Origin: Candidatus Latescibacterota bacterium
GTDB lineage: Bacteria > Latescibacterota > CBDEFO01
Assembly (NCBI GenBank): GCA_965248755.1
Contig: OZ252149.1
Location: 3,904,001-3,968,000 of the forward strand
Length of the DNA: 64,000 nucleotides
Direction: 5' to 3'
The stretch's first letter is position 1. Each line of letters begins with the position of its first letter. Made by a program: the position numbers and the translations under genes. Below, one piece after another: positions 19,601 to 29,331 of the stretch. The notes under the pieces are model-generated. The model was given only the letters and a program-made list of their open reading frames with translations, was not told the DNA's origin and searched no databases.

Positions 19601-20594
19601 CAAGTGTACCAAATACAATAGTACCGTTCTGGAAAATGTCTTCTTCGGTCACCATAGTGTAGTTCCATGCATGGAGCCCGTCTACTGTCAGGTCGTCAAA
19701 TATGAACCACCGGTGAGGCCAGATCCATTTGTCAGGCTCACTGCCGTGCAAAGCCTGATCCTGGCCAGCAACTACAATCGCAATGTGATCTATATATCTA
19801 TCACCATCGGTATCATAAGGAGAAAAATCAAAGCCAGTTGCATCCAACTGAAGAACAGCATCTTTAGCTAGTTCCCATTGCTCGAAATACCCATCGTCGT
19901 TTGTGTTCGGATCGCTGTCACGTGGTCCTGTATCAGCGCCCCATTTCCACAGCGGTTGGGAAGACCGTACCCAGCGTCTGCCTCCAACATTTCCTGTCAC
20001 TGTTAGTTTTCCATAGGATACTTCCTTGTAATATGCCTTCATAGAAGAGCTTTCACCGAAGTATGCGGATTCTACTTTAGATATGTCTGTAGTAGCGGCC
20101 TGATCGCTGAAGTCTATACATATTACAAGTATCTTTCTTGTTCCCAGAACAGGAGGAGTTTCTCCAGCTACATGGGGACGAGACTGAGCTATAGCCTTGG
20201 GTGTATATGGATACGAATCTTCCCATACCTGCTTACGCCGATTGAGAATTTCTTGTCTTATTGTTGGCCCTGAGCGTAGGTGAGGCGCTTCTGTTGGTGT
20301 GTCAATTCCGACTACAACATCCGACGGCTTCAGTATCCCAGCTTGATCTCTTATTGCATACTTCCAGTACCCGTCTGAGTCCTTAAGAACAGTATATCCG
20401 TCAAGCGTCTCCAGGTAGCTCTCAAATTCATCCCCAAACACCCTGAGTAGAACTACTTTCCCATCTGGTTGAACTACAGACAGCGTATCTGGAGAGGCCG
20501 GAATGGCCTCCGCGCTATCCACCCAGACTAGATAGGCAGGAGAATTCAGGCCGACTACCAGCAGCAAAGTAGTATAGAAGATTTTCCGATTCAT
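16689..20594 (-). CDS. M6 (immune inhibitor A) metalloprotease with Ig-like, cohesin, dockerin and FlgD-like C-terminal domains
   Basis: HEFGH.L.LPDLY, EYFLVENRQ; VWPGD.N.NG.V...DVL dockerin-like; NFPNPFNPETTI tail. Confidence 0.9.
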   Translation of the reverse strand: MNRKIFYTTLLLVVGLNSPAYLVWVDSAEAIPASPDTLSVVQPDGKVVLLRVFGDEFESYLETLDGYTVLKDSDGYWKYAIRDQAGILKPSDVVVGIDTPTEAPHLRSGPTIRQEILNRRKQVWEDSYPYTPKAIAQSRPHVAGETPPVLGTRKILVICIDFSDQAATTDISKVESAYFGESSSMKAYYKEVSYGKLTVTGNVGGRRWVRSSQPLWKWGADTGPRDSDPNTNDDGYFEQWELAKDAVLQLDATGFDFSPYDTDGDRYIDHIAIVVAGQDQALHGSEPDKWIWPHRWFIFDDLTVDGLHAWNYTMVTEEDIFQNGTIVFGTLAHEFGHDLWLPDLYDRDGSSAGIGYWGLMGAGAHNIQSSPAHMCAWSKIQLGWITPTVIPRNQLQQSIPNVEETPVAYKLPVPSSKEYFLVENRQPKRFDRHLRGTGLLIWHVDEGVITTNEFGNTVNDNENHPGLALEQADGRFDLKSNSNWGDVGDPWPGTFGKRHFNNTSVPSSRDYSGKTTGIAVENIGNSSDIMRADLIVDIVGNAPILNSFKINNRASITRSRTVTLNNTATNSPTHYMASVRSSFLGANWETYSTSPSFTLSSRYGTKRVYFKVKNAGGESNRLSDTIEYSQDKPTLTSFAINNRSPRTTSRTVILNNAATNSPTHYKASENSNFSGATWRTYSKNPSFTLSPGYGQKLVRLKVKNATGESTSRIDVIQYVSPFLLETQIVKGELTHSSRKFADSDRYYNSHVLDLSKGQKVSLTVEPSSKFMVGLWDTANSGYVTRFFSASHKDIKIPNDGRYEADVTSRDEGVTSPYTLTVEILSIRTIKPILSESSYNAGEEFWVDIRVDQVSKLFGTSFELNYTNTDYVDVVVPTSGSIVAGTFLGDAVVFYSNVNETEGKIGIAISQKFGASGADGRGVLARVNFKALLNTPDGTTVNFSLVNVIANDTDGTSIPLTSSSASVTIRSTGLVEVWPGDTNDNGMVNQADVLPIALYWGVTGPNRTGASNAWNSQNSQPWTPGDATYANANGDGTIDQGDVLPIGLNWGKRRSVAKITISDENQKSPYTLEPVIDSSYANGEEFWIDLKLDQETQPDHNLLGISFLLSWDLDELIFEKIEPGALMGSDVVLFSHREDKTLAVGISRKSGQGGIDENGVVLRVKMHSPLASNPPSSIQISVTDVLGIDVSGNEVAINSKSSTLPVNYLPEHFALHPNFPNPFNPETTIRYDLPFPSHINLSVYNMSGQRVALLVDKELEAGTHSTVWDGKDDNGKRLANGVYLYRMESDGFVKTRKMVLMK

Positions 20595-20857
20595 TTTAAG
20601 CTCTTCAGTTGACAAGAGCATTCACGCCCTTTTAACCTCTCCTCGGGTCAGGTCCTCTCCCAAAGAAAACACCCTTTCTATTACCCTCTTTTCCATGAAA
20701 ACTTCTCGATCATAAAGATAATAAATAAAAGGGAAAAATCAAAACGATTTAGTATCGTATTTACTTGATTTAAGAGCGGAAAAGCAATATATTGCTGGGG
20801 ATCAGGGATGCAAATGTCAGTTTTTCTTTTTGAGGGAGAGATAGAGGAGATTATGGC

Positions 20858-21463
20858 TTAAGCGTCACGATGGAAGAATTTGAGGGCGTTACGGTAGTCT
20901 TCGGGGGTGTTGATGTTGGAAAGGAGGTTTCCATGAAGGTCGAAAGGCTCTATTGCTTCCGAGCCTACGATGTCCACTTTAACTTTGTCAAAGAATCTGA
21001 CGATCTTTAGATCTTCTGATTCTATCTGTTTTCTTATGGGTTCGAGACACCTTCTGGAGTAGACCGCGCACAGGGGATGAAAGCCCTTGTCGTCCTCTGG
21101 AATGATAACGTCTGAATCACCAGTGCGACCGCACAGGTATCTCAAAAATTCCGCCGTTATGAACGGAGCATCGCATGCCAGAAGGAGGCAGTATTCTGTG
21201 TTCGCCCTGAATAGGCCGGTGTATATCCCTCCCAGGGGTCCCCTATCGGGGAATTTGTCCGGGTACATAGAGACGTTCAGGTGGCTCATCTTATCGGGAG
21301 TATTTGTGATTACGAAGGCCTCTTGTGTGACCCTGGCTGCTATATCCAATATGTGCTCTATGAAAGTGGCGTCCCCAAGAGGTAAGAGCGCCTTCTCCCT
21401 TCCCATCCTGGAACTTTTGCCTCCAGCAAGGATTACTGAGGTTATATTGTCAAATATTTTCAT
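20858..21463 (-). CDS. mobA: Molybdenum cofactor guanylyltransferase
   Basis: ILAGGKSSRMG..KA, GPLGGI, ACD.P, HPLCAVY, NINTPED. Confidence 0.93.
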   Translation of the reverse strand: MKIFDNITSVILAGGKSSRMGREKALLPLGDATFIEHILDIAARVTQEAFVITNTPDKMSHLNVSMYPDKFPDRGPLGGIYTGLFRANTEYCLLLACDAPFITAEFLRYLCGRTGDSDVIIPEDDKGFHPLCAVYSRRCLEPIRKQIESEDLKIVRFFDKVKVDIVGSEAIEPFDLHGNLLSNINTPEDYRNALKFFHRDA

Positions 21464-21700
21464 AAGCTCAACTTCCAGCGGTATTACTGTAGAAGACACA
21501 ACGGAATACTTGGCCAGACACGCAACTTCGCCGTTACACATGATTGACAAAGACAGTAGGGGAGACCCGTGTGTCTCCCTGAAAATCTACTGGATATTTG
21601 GACTACAAATCTTTATCTTTATGTTTATCCCCGATTGAATCTATCGGGGATCAATATTGAATATAACAAGATAGATGATATAGAGTCAAGGAGATACTCA

Positions 21701-23176
21701 ATGTTGGAGATCTTCCAGTCGCTTTACGACATGGATAAGGAAACAGCAGTTCTTCTGGGCGTAGGGCTTTATATGTTGGGCATGCTTGGAGTGGGCTATT
21801 ACGCAAGCAGAAGGGTGGGAGATGCGGAGGACTTCATCGTGGCGGGCAGGAGACTCCCAACCTGGCTCTGCACGGCTACGCTCTTTGCAACCTGGTTTGG
21901 AGGCGGAACGGTCATGGGAGCAGCGGGGGCTGCGTACGAGAAGGGGTTTTTGGGTGTGATAGCCGATCCTTTCGGAGCGGCCTTGTGTCTCTTTTTGGCG
22001 GGACTCTTCTTTGTAAAGACGATGAGGAGGATGAGAATCCTTACGGTGTCGGACTTCTTCGAGCAGAGGTTCGGCAGAGGGGCCAGCGTTATTTCGAGTC
22101 TATGTCTGGTAGCGGCTTACGTAGGATGGGTGGGGAGCCTCTTTGTGGCTATAGGGATGATATTTGAAAATCTAATTGGAGTTTCTTCAGAGACGGGGAT
22201 AATAATAGGGACGTTGATAGTACTTGTGTACACGACTGCGGGCGGGATGTGGGCTGTGTCGCTGACCGATCTTGTGCAGATAATCATAGTCCTTTTAGGA
22301 CTCTTTGCGGTATTTCCAATCGTAGTAAGCAAGGCGGGGGGATGGAGCGAGGCGTTCTCATCTGTCAGACCGGGCAGTTTTGATATACTCCCACAGGGAG
22401 GACTTAAAGAGTGGCTCTGGTACATCCAGGCCTGGATTGTGATAGGGTTCGGGAACATTCCAGGACAGGACCTCATCCAGAGGAGCCTTTCCGCAAGGAA
22501 TGAGAAAGTGGCTCAAAACAGCGCATATCTTTCGGGGATATTGTATCTGACCGTAGGGATTATTCCCGTAATCATAGGGATCATTAGCGTGAGTTTGATA
22601 CCCCAGATAGATGACCCTGAGCATATAGTTCCAAGGATAGCTATGGAGTATCTTCCGACGTGGGCTATAGCCCTTTTCATCGGAGCGCTCTTATCGGCCA
22701 TAATGAGCAGTGCGGACAGCGCGATTTTGGCTCCCTCAAGCATAATCGGCAAAAACGTATTGGGGTATTTCAAGCCGAATGCAGACGGCAGGGAAGTGCT
22801 TTTGTGGACGCGGGCTTCCATTCCGGTAATAGGGATTTTGTCCCTCTTTATAGCTCTGTATTTTGAGAATATATATCAACTCTTGATAGATTCCTTCTCT
22901 GTTCTCTTAGTATCTCTTTTCGTGCCCATGGCTGCGGGAATATGGTGGAGAAAGGCAAATAGTGCCGGAGCCGTGGCAAGCATGGGGGTCGGGTTGGTCT
23001 TCTGGATAGCCTTCAAATTCATAACTCCACAACTGCCGTCGGACATATTCGGCGTAGCAGGTGCGGCTGTGGCTATGTTCGCAGTGGGGCTTCTGACTCA
23101 GAGGAGTTCTGTCCCCCTTCCTTTAGCAGACGCGGGAGGGAACGAAATTGAAATGGAGGAGAGATTGGGGGTATGA
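21701..23176 (+). CDS. Sodium:solute symporter
   Basis: DF.VAGR.L, ATWFGG, GGMWAV..TD..Q, AIMSSADS; many TM helices. Confidence 0.9.
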   Translation: MLEIFQSLYDMDKETAVLLGVGLYMLGMLGVGYYASRRVGDAEDFIVAGRRLPTWLCTATLFATWFGGGTVMGAAGAAYEKGFLGVIADPFGAALCLFLAGLFFVKTMRRMRILTVSDFFEQRFGRGASVISSLCLVAAYVGWVGSLFVAIGMIFENLIGVSSETGIIIGTLIVLVYTTAGGMWAVSLTDLVQIIIVLLGLFAVFPIVVSKAGGWSEAFSSVRPGSFDILPQGGLKEWLWYIQAWIVIGFGNIPGQDLIQRSLSARNEKVAQNSAYLSGILYLTVGIIPVIIGIISVSLIPQIDDPEHIVPRIAMEYLPTWAIALFIGALLSAIMSSADSAILAPSSIIGKNVLGYFKPNADGREVLLWTRASIPVIGILSLFIALYFENIYQLLIDSFSVLLVSLFVPMAAGIWWRKANSAGAVASMGVGLVFWIAFKFITPQLPSDIFGVAGAAVAMFAVGLLTQRSSVPLPLADAGGNEIEMEERLGV

Positions 23177-24363
23177 TAAAAGATATTACGCGCAGGGATT
23201 TTTTCAAATCTGCCGCTCTTGGAACTGCATCCCTGACTCTGTACAGGTTCGCCTGGGCGCGTCCGGGGCAACAGACGAGTTTGAGTTTTGAGAGCTATGG
23301 ACGTAAGAGAGCAAGGGACCTGGGAATTGTAATCGGCACCATGCCCAGGGGAGAGTTCAATGCTATAACGGACGTGGAAGGAGTAAAGGTAGGACATTCT
23401 ACCATATCCGAAGGGGATGTCAGGACAGGAGTAACTGCTGTGATCCCTCACAGCGATGATATTTTCAGATATAATCTCTTTGCAGGCTGTCTGACCTTGA
23501 ACGGCAACGGTGAGATGACGGGGATGTCAAGGATACGGAGGACGGGACTTTTGGGTTCTCCTATCTTTACCACAAATACGTCCAGCGTAGGGATGGTCTA
23601 CGACGCCGCTTTGAAGTACCTTATGGGGAAATATCAGGACTCCAGGATTCCATCCCCAGTTGTGGCAGAGACGTGGGACGGCTTTCTAAACGATATTGAG
23701 GGGAGGCACGTTGAGGAGGAACACGTCCTGGGGGCTATCAATAGTGCTCAATCGGGACGTGTGGGGGAGGGATGTGTGGGAGGTGGAACGGGGATGGTGT
23801 GCTACGGGTTCAAGGGGGGAATAGGGACTGCATCGAGGGTCATTAAGGAGGGATATACTGCAGGAGTATTAGTTCAGGCAAATCACGGCAGGAGACATCA
23901 ATTGATTATAGACGGTGTTCCTGTAGGCAGGGAAATAACAGATCTTAAAGCGGAAAGGGGAGTGGGTCATAAGTCTATCATCGTAGTGGTTGCAACCGAC
24001 GCGCCGCTTTTGCCCGTTCAGCTGAGTCGCCTAACAAAGAGGGCTGCACTGGGGCTCTCAAGGACGGGAGCGACCGCTATGCATTCGAGCGGGGACATAA
24101 TTTTAGCGTTTTCGACAGGGAATATAGTAGATGTTTATAATAGGTCTGAGGAGTATGAATTTGAGGTATTGAATGATGAGGCGATAACTCCCCTTTATCA
24201 GGCGGTGGTGGAGGCGACCGAGGAGTCGGTAATCAACGCCCTTACGATGGCTAGTACTACGGTGGGGCTAGACGGTAACACTGTCTACGCTCTTCCTTTG
24301 GACAGGGTTGTGGAGATCATGAAGAGGCACGCGAGGCTTCAGGGGCCGCTGATACAACGTTAG
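23173..24363 (+). CDS. dmpA: P1/S58 family aminopeptidase (DmpA-like), Tat-exported
   Basis: NAITDV.GVKVGH, GGGTGM...FKGGIGTASR, SIIVVVATDAPL; twin-arginine TRRDFFK. Confidence 0.88.
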   Translation: MIKDITRRDFFKSAALGTASLTLYRFAWARPGQQTSLSFESYGRKRARDLGIVIGTMPRGEFNAITDVEGVKVGHSTISEGDVRTGVTAVIPHSDDIFRYNLFAGCLTLNGNGEMTGMSRIRRTGLLGSPIFTTNTSSVGMVYDAALKYLMGKYQDSRIPSPVVAETWDGFLNDIEGRHVEEEHVLGAINSAQSGRVGEGCVGGGTGMVCYGFKGGIGTASRVIKEGYTAGVLVQANHGRRHQLIIDGVPVGREITDLKAERGVGHKSIIVVVATDAPLLPVQLSRLTKRAALGLSRTGATAMHSSGDIILAFSTGNIVDVYNRSEEYEFEVLNDEAITPLYQAVVEATEESVINALTMASTTVGLDGNTVYALPLDRVVEIMKRHARLQGPLIQR

Positions 24364-24483
24364 CTGAAAAGAGGAACGGCAGATAGCTTTGAGAGTCACA
24401 AGGATTAGGAGAAAATGCCAAGGAACATTCCCAAGATGAACATTCCCAAGATGAAGATTCATAGACTATCGGAGGCGTTCAGG

Positions 24484-25176
24484 ATGAAAGCAGGTCTTCG
24501 TCAGATCTCCTTTTTATTTCTTATAGTATCTGCTCTAATCTTTGGAGGCTGCCTGGAGCTTATTAGAAAGAGACCGGCCCAAGAAGAGGGGAGAAAGGAG
24601 GAGACAGTTAGGACAAAGGGCCGTAAGGAGGAAAGTTCCGAAAAATCGACAGAGAGAACAGAAGGAGATACAGGGGATAAAGAGTCCCACCGGACGCGAC
24701 TCCCCTCTGCCGAGATAGAAAGTCCATCTGGAGATACGCTCGCTACGAAGATGGTCGAACCAGAAGCGGAGATTCAACAAACGATTGCAGCACGGGTTGA
24801 AGCAGAAGATAAGAAGATGAACGCAGTATTATATTCCGTAGATCCCTCCAAAAAAAGGAGCGCTAAAGAGATAAATAAATACTCTTTTTGGTGTATAGAA
24901 CAGGAGATGTGGAGCGAGGCAAAGGCACATCTGGAGAAGGCGGCAAAGTTGGACACGACGTCGGCGAGTATCTATAACAATTTGGGTATAGTCTACGAGT
25001 ACTTTCAGATGGAGGAAGAGGCTCGCCGGGCCTATCAAACAGCCATGCGACTCGATTCCCGAAATGTGGTCTACAGGAGAAACTATATCCTCTTAAAAAG
25101 GAGTATAGGCTCAAAGGTAGCTGATGAACCTATGATTGAAGGAGAGAGTGTGGCTACCGAGCAGCCTGAGGAATAA
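24484..25176 (+). CDS. TPR-containing lipoprotein
   Basis: Lipobox IFGGC; TPR motif A.IYNNLGIVYE. Confidence 0.8.
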   Translation: MKAGLRQISFLFLIVSALIFGGCLELIRKRPAQEEGRKEETVRTKGRKEESSEKSTERTEGDTGDKESHRTRLPSAEIESPSGDTLATKMVEPEAEIQQTIAARVEAEDKKMNAVLYSVDPSKKRSAKEINKYSFWCIEQEMWSEAKAHLEKAAKLDTTSASIYNNLGIVYEYFQMEEEARRAYQTAMRLDSRNVVYRRNYILLKRSIGSKVADEPMIEGESVATEQPEE

Positions 25177-25181
25177 GACGC

Positions 25182-28100
25182 ATGACTTTGACGAGATACA
25201 GAAAGACGCTCTATACAGGGCGGAAGAGAATGCCCTGTCTCTCCCGATTGAATCTATCGGGGGCTACTGTCTACTGTCTACTTATGATAGCAGTTCTGGT
25301 TGTAGCGACTGCAGCGCCCGGGATCGTTAGAGCTCAGGACATTTTGTTATCACAGTTTTCTCAGAGCTTTGGAAAGAACAAGATTCAGTACAAGAAATTC
25401 CAGTGGTGGAAGTTGAAAACGCAGCATCTGGAAATCTACTACAATCCCGAGTATCTTGGCCTTGCCCTGTCAGCAGCAGAGATACTTGAGGATGGCTACG
25501 AGAAGATCAGCCGAAGCCTCCACCATGACCTTTCGACCATTCCTCCGATCATTATCTTTCAGTCTCACTACGACTTTGAACAGACGAATATAGTGCCCTA
25601 TATCCTGCCTCCGGGCGTTGGCGGGTTCGCCGAGAGCCTGAAGTTTAGGGCCGTCATCCCGTTCAACGGAGACCTGGAGGATTTCAGGAGCGTTCTGGTC
25701 CACGAGTTGACTCATCTTTTTCAGTATGACATTCTGTACAAGGGGCCTGTAAAGTCCCTGACCAATAGAATCAATTCCCCGCCAACTTGGATCATGGAGG
25801 GGATGGCGCAGTACGAGGCTGGCGACATGAACGCTGTGGATGAGATGGTGCTAAGAGACGCTGTGCTGACGAATACTGTAATACCCATAAAGTCTTTGGA
25901 CAATTTCCAGGCGGTAAGGAACGTGTTTTTAGCGTATAAACAGAGCCACTCTCTGATGCAGTATATATCGCAGGAGTACGGTGAGGATAAAGTTGGAAGA
26001 ATCTTACGGGACTGGAAAGGGAGCACGGGAACAGGGCATACCATAAAAAGAGTCTTGGGTACGGACATTCAAACTTTAAGCGACAGTTGGTCTTCCCATG
26101 TGCGCAGAAAGTATTGGCCATTGCTCACCGAAAGGAAGTATAACTTCGAAATAGCAAAGGAAGTCCCGGCAGAAGAGGTTTCGTACTTAAGTCCAAGCTG
26201 GTCCCTTGGCGGGGAGATGTTGGCAGTCGTATCTACAGATGGTATTTCCTTCAATATTGACCTGATACGGGTAAAGGACGGAGAGCTGATGAAGCGAATA
26301 ACAGAAGATATGAAGACTTCTGTCTATACAGACCTGAAGGTGGAAGAAGGTTGTGTGGCGTGGTCTCCTGACGGGCAGTACATAGCTTTCATAGCCAGAA
26401 AGGGACCTTCCGATTTGGTACTCGTGTGGAATGTCTATAGTTCTGAGCTGATGGATGCGTTGACGGTGGAAGGTGTTCAGGAAATATCCACCTTGGCCTG
26501 GGCGCCTGATAACAGGAAATTGGCATTTTCGGGTTCAAGCCGCGGCCAGACGGACATATATATACTGGATATTAAGACAAAAGCTTCCACAAAGTTGATG
26601 CATACTCCCGATCGCGAGTCTCAGCCTTCGTGGTCTCCAGATGGGAGCAGACTTGCGTTCAGCTATAGGACCAACGGAGGTGTGGATCTTATGGTCTATG
26701 ATTTTGAGCTGACAAAGGCGCAAAAGATAGTTTCTGGAAAGTCGGACGATACCTGGCCCCGGTGGTTCCCGGACGGGGTAAGATTGCTTTTCGTATCGAA
26801 CAGGGATGGTATAAATGATCTTTTTGTCCTGGATCTTGAAAGCAAAAAAGAAAGCAGACTGACCAAGACTATAAGCGGACTCTCAAATCCGTCGATTTCT
26901 CCGGATGGAAAAAAGATAACGTTTGCCTCTTACTACAACAGTAGAAGGAAGATCTACGTGATGGACGTCCCATCACAAGAAGAGCTGGCCTTAACGGATG
27001 ATGAAAAAGACGCGCAGAAAGATGCGACGCCTGCTACAGACGGTGGTGAGATGATCTTATCGCCGCACGTCAAGGAGGAAGAGAGCATTGGTGATTATGA
27101 TAAGGTGAATGTGGATGATGATGGAGACCATGCATCCCCGACCCCCGATTTAATCGGGGGTTCAATCGTGGATAGCCTGAAGGTAAGGAGACAATACAAG
27201 CGGAGCAGATATAAACCGAGTCTTCAATTAGATGGAATCAGCGCTCAGCTTTCTTTATCCAACAACTTCTTCGGCACGGTAGCCCAGATTTCGTTCAGCG
27301 ATCTTATGGGAAATCACAGCCTGGGGATAGCGACGGATTTCGTTTCAGGGTTCACCAGCTTTGGAAGGGTTAATGACCTCAACTTTTCGGTCATATATGG
27401 ATATTACGGAAGGAGGACAAACTTAGACTTCGGGATCTTCAGCTGGACGCAATATTTCACAGATTCTAACAATCCCTTCTTGGATTTGAGGACCGGCAGG
27501 TTGATGCGTGCTCTGGGGTCCGACAGGCAGTCCGGGCTCTTTGCAAGGATGACCTATCCTATAGATCTTTATCGGAGAGTGGAATTTAAGTATACGTTCG
27601 TGGATCAGAACAGGGAATTTGTGTTCCCGGAGAAGGAGAGGATTGAAAAGAAAACCACGCATCTTTTCCAGACTGTCTATGTAAACGACTCCGTAGAGTA
27701 CGGTTGGCTGGGGCCTTCAAGGGGCAGAAGGTTCTACCTTTCCGCCGGTCAGGCGGTAAAGATCACAGAGGGCCACAGGCAATTTACCCATCTGGACGCG
27801 GACTTAAGGTTCTACGCCGGCAGGAACTCCGTCTTTGCTTTCAGACTTAAGGGACTGGCATCTCTGGGGAATGACGCTATAACCCACTTTTTGGGAGGTC
27901 CAAGTACAGCCACGACCCTTGGATTTGGCTACCAGGTGAACGTTGGGCCTTTGAGGGGCTTTGACTTCAGTGAGTTAGCAGGGACCAGGTTATTTCTTAT
28001 GAACATGGAGTACAGAGTTCCCTTTGTGAGGAATCTGACGCTCGGATGGCCCGGTAATATCTCTCTTGGAGGCCTAATGGGGGCAGTCTTTACAGACGTG

Positions 28101-28301
28101 GGGATGGTCTGGAATGAGGGCGACGATGTAAAGCTATGGACGACGGACGGAGAATTCAGACTCAAGGACCTGAAGATGAGCATGGGCTTGGGCATTATAG
28201 TAAACTTCATCCTGCCCATAAATATCGAGTTTGCAAAGGAGACGGATCTAAGAAGATTCTTCGACAGAGAGACACACTTCAGCTTTGGATTGAGTTTTTA
28301 A
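25182..28301 (+). CDS. Outer-membrane protein: zincin-like domain + PD40/TolB propeller + BamA/TamA-like barrel (start uncertain)
   Basis: FGKNKIQY, HELTH...W..EG.A, WSPDG repeats, LRGF motif, C-terminal Phe. Confidence 0.85.
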   Translation: MTLTRYRKTLYTGRKRMPCLSRLNLSGATVYCLLMIAVLVVATAAPGIVRAQDILLSQFSQSFGKNKIQYKKFQWWKLKTQHLEIYYNPEYLGLALSAAEILEDGYEKISRSLHHDLSTIPPIIIFQSHYDFEQTNIVPYILPPGVGGFAESLKFRAVIPFNGDLEDFRSVLVHELTHLFQYDILYKGPVKSLTNRINSPPTWIMEGMAQYEAGDMNAVDEMVLRDAVLTNTVIPIKSLDNFQAVRNVFLAYKQSHSLMQYISQEYGEDKVGRILRDWKGSTGTGHTIKRVLGTDIQTLSDSWSSHVRRKYWPLLTERKYNFEIAKEVPAEEVSYLSPSWSLGGEMLAVVSTDGISFNIDLIRVKDGELMKRITEDMKTSVYTDLKVEEGCVAWSPDGQYIAFIARKGPSDLVLVWNVYSSELMDALTVEGVQEISTLAWAPDNRKLAFSGSSRGQTDIYILDIKTKASTKLMHTPDRESQPSWSPDGSRLAFSYRTNGGVDLMVYDFELTKAQKIVSGKSDDTWPRWFPDGVRLLFVSNRDGINDLFVLDLESKKESRLTKTISGLSNPSISPDGKKITFASYYNSRRKIYVMDVPSQEELALTDDEKDAQKDATPATDGGEMILSPHVKEEESIGDYDKVNVDDDGDHASPTPDLIGGSIVDSLKVRRQYKRSRYKPSLQLDGISAQLSLSNNFFGTVAQISFSDLMGNHSLGIATDFVSGFTSFGRVNDLNFSVIYGYYGRRTNLDFGIFSWTQYFTDSNNPFLDLRTGRLMRALGSDRQSGLFARMTYPIDLYRRVEFKYTFVDQNREFVFPEKERIEKKTTHLFQTVYVNDSVEYGWLGPSRGRRFYLSAGQAVKITEGHRQFTHLDADLRFYAGRNSVFAFRLKGLASLGNDAITHFLGGPSTATTLGFGYQVNVGPLRGFDFSELAGTRLFLMNMEYRVPFVRNLTLGWPGNISLGGLMGAVFTDVGMVWNEGDDVKLWTTDGEFRLKDLKMSMGLGIIVNFILPINIEFAKETDLRRFFDRETHFSFGLSF

Positions 28302-28341
28302 GGTACATTGTCTTCGTAGAGGCTCGGGACCCCCTGATTTG

Positions 28342-28391
28342 GTAGAACAGACATTCTTGTCTGTTCTACAGTCAGACAGGAATGTCTGACC
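28342..28391. repeat. REP-like GTAG palindrome pair
   Basis: gtagaacagaca-ttct-tgtctgttctac followed by gtcagaca-ggaa-tgtctgac. Confidence 0.65.
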
Positions 28392-28460
28392 AACCATACT
28401 TTTTGGGCAAAGGAACCTTGCCCCTGTATTTAGAGGTTACGACAAAGCGAATGATGAACT

Positions 28461-29192
28461 GTGAAACTTATGTTTAAGGGGATGGGAGGATATGTCCTGT
28501 TTGCTGTCTTCTGTCTTCTGTCTACTATATTTTGGGGCTGTGCAGGCAGCAAGGAATCAAAAGGAGTCAAGCTGGTCACCTTCAACACAGGCTATTCCTC
28601 TGAGGTAAATCTGAGCAACATCCAGAGCCTTGGCGTGATATCTGTAGTAAATGTAAAACCCAGAGGGCAGATAGACATAGACAAGATACGAAACAAGATA
28701 TCTGACGAGGTAGCTTCCAGCTTGAGGCAGCTCGAGATCAAAAGGATAATAGAGCACGATGAGATAGAATGGGTGTTCAGGGGCATGCAGGTAGATTCGT
28801 CGGCGGTCAGGAACGTTAAGAATTTGCGGAGGCTACACGACGAACTTAAGATGGATGGTCTGGTTCTTGTGGAGATCGACCATATGGACGCTGAGCTTCG
28901 ACAAAGGTGGGTTCCAAGCAGAGACAGATACGGAAGAGTATACCCACAAGCAACTCCGGGGATTGCTATGCACGTAGTATTAAAGTTCGATATTTTAAAC
29001 ACACAGACAGGAGGGAGCATCTGGCAAAAGGAATTCAGACGTTCGAGGTTCCAGCCGATAGTGTTTCAGCTTTTCGGCGGCGGCGCGGAGAGCCAGGTCG
29101 TTTCGACTATCAGACCCGCGGTAAGGGCCTTCATATCCCGGCTGGCTCCGCTTCGGCAAGGCAAGATAAGGGGATTTGTCATTCCGGATTAG
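28461..29192 (+). CDS. Hypothetical lipoprotein
   Basis: Lipobox IFWGC; 243-aa ORF. Confidence 0.7.
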   Translation: MKLMFKGMGGYVLFAVFCLLSTIFWGCAGSKESKGVKLVTFNTGYSSEVNLSNIQSLGVISVVNVKPRGQIDIDKIRNKISDEVASSLRQLEIKRIIEHDEIEWVFRGMQVDSSAVRNVKNLRRLHDELKMDGLVLVEIDHMDAELRQRWVPSRDRYGRVYPQATPGIAMHVVLKFDILNTQTGGSIWQKEFRRSRFQPIVFQLFGGGAESQVVSTIRPAVRAFISRLAPLRQGKIRGFVIPD

Positions 29193-29331
29193 AAATATTA
29201 CGCCCTATAGCTGCAATTTTTTTACTAACACTATTATGGAGTAAGTATCGAAACAATCGAGACTAGAGTTTACCCGAATCCCACTTCCAATCCAGGCCAA
29301 TAACAGTGGCCACAAAACTCAGGATAGAGCC

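Noticed and set aside
24423..24452. 15-bp tandem duplication gaacattcccaagat
   Set aside because: Two copies upstream of the likely start codon; no evidence of function
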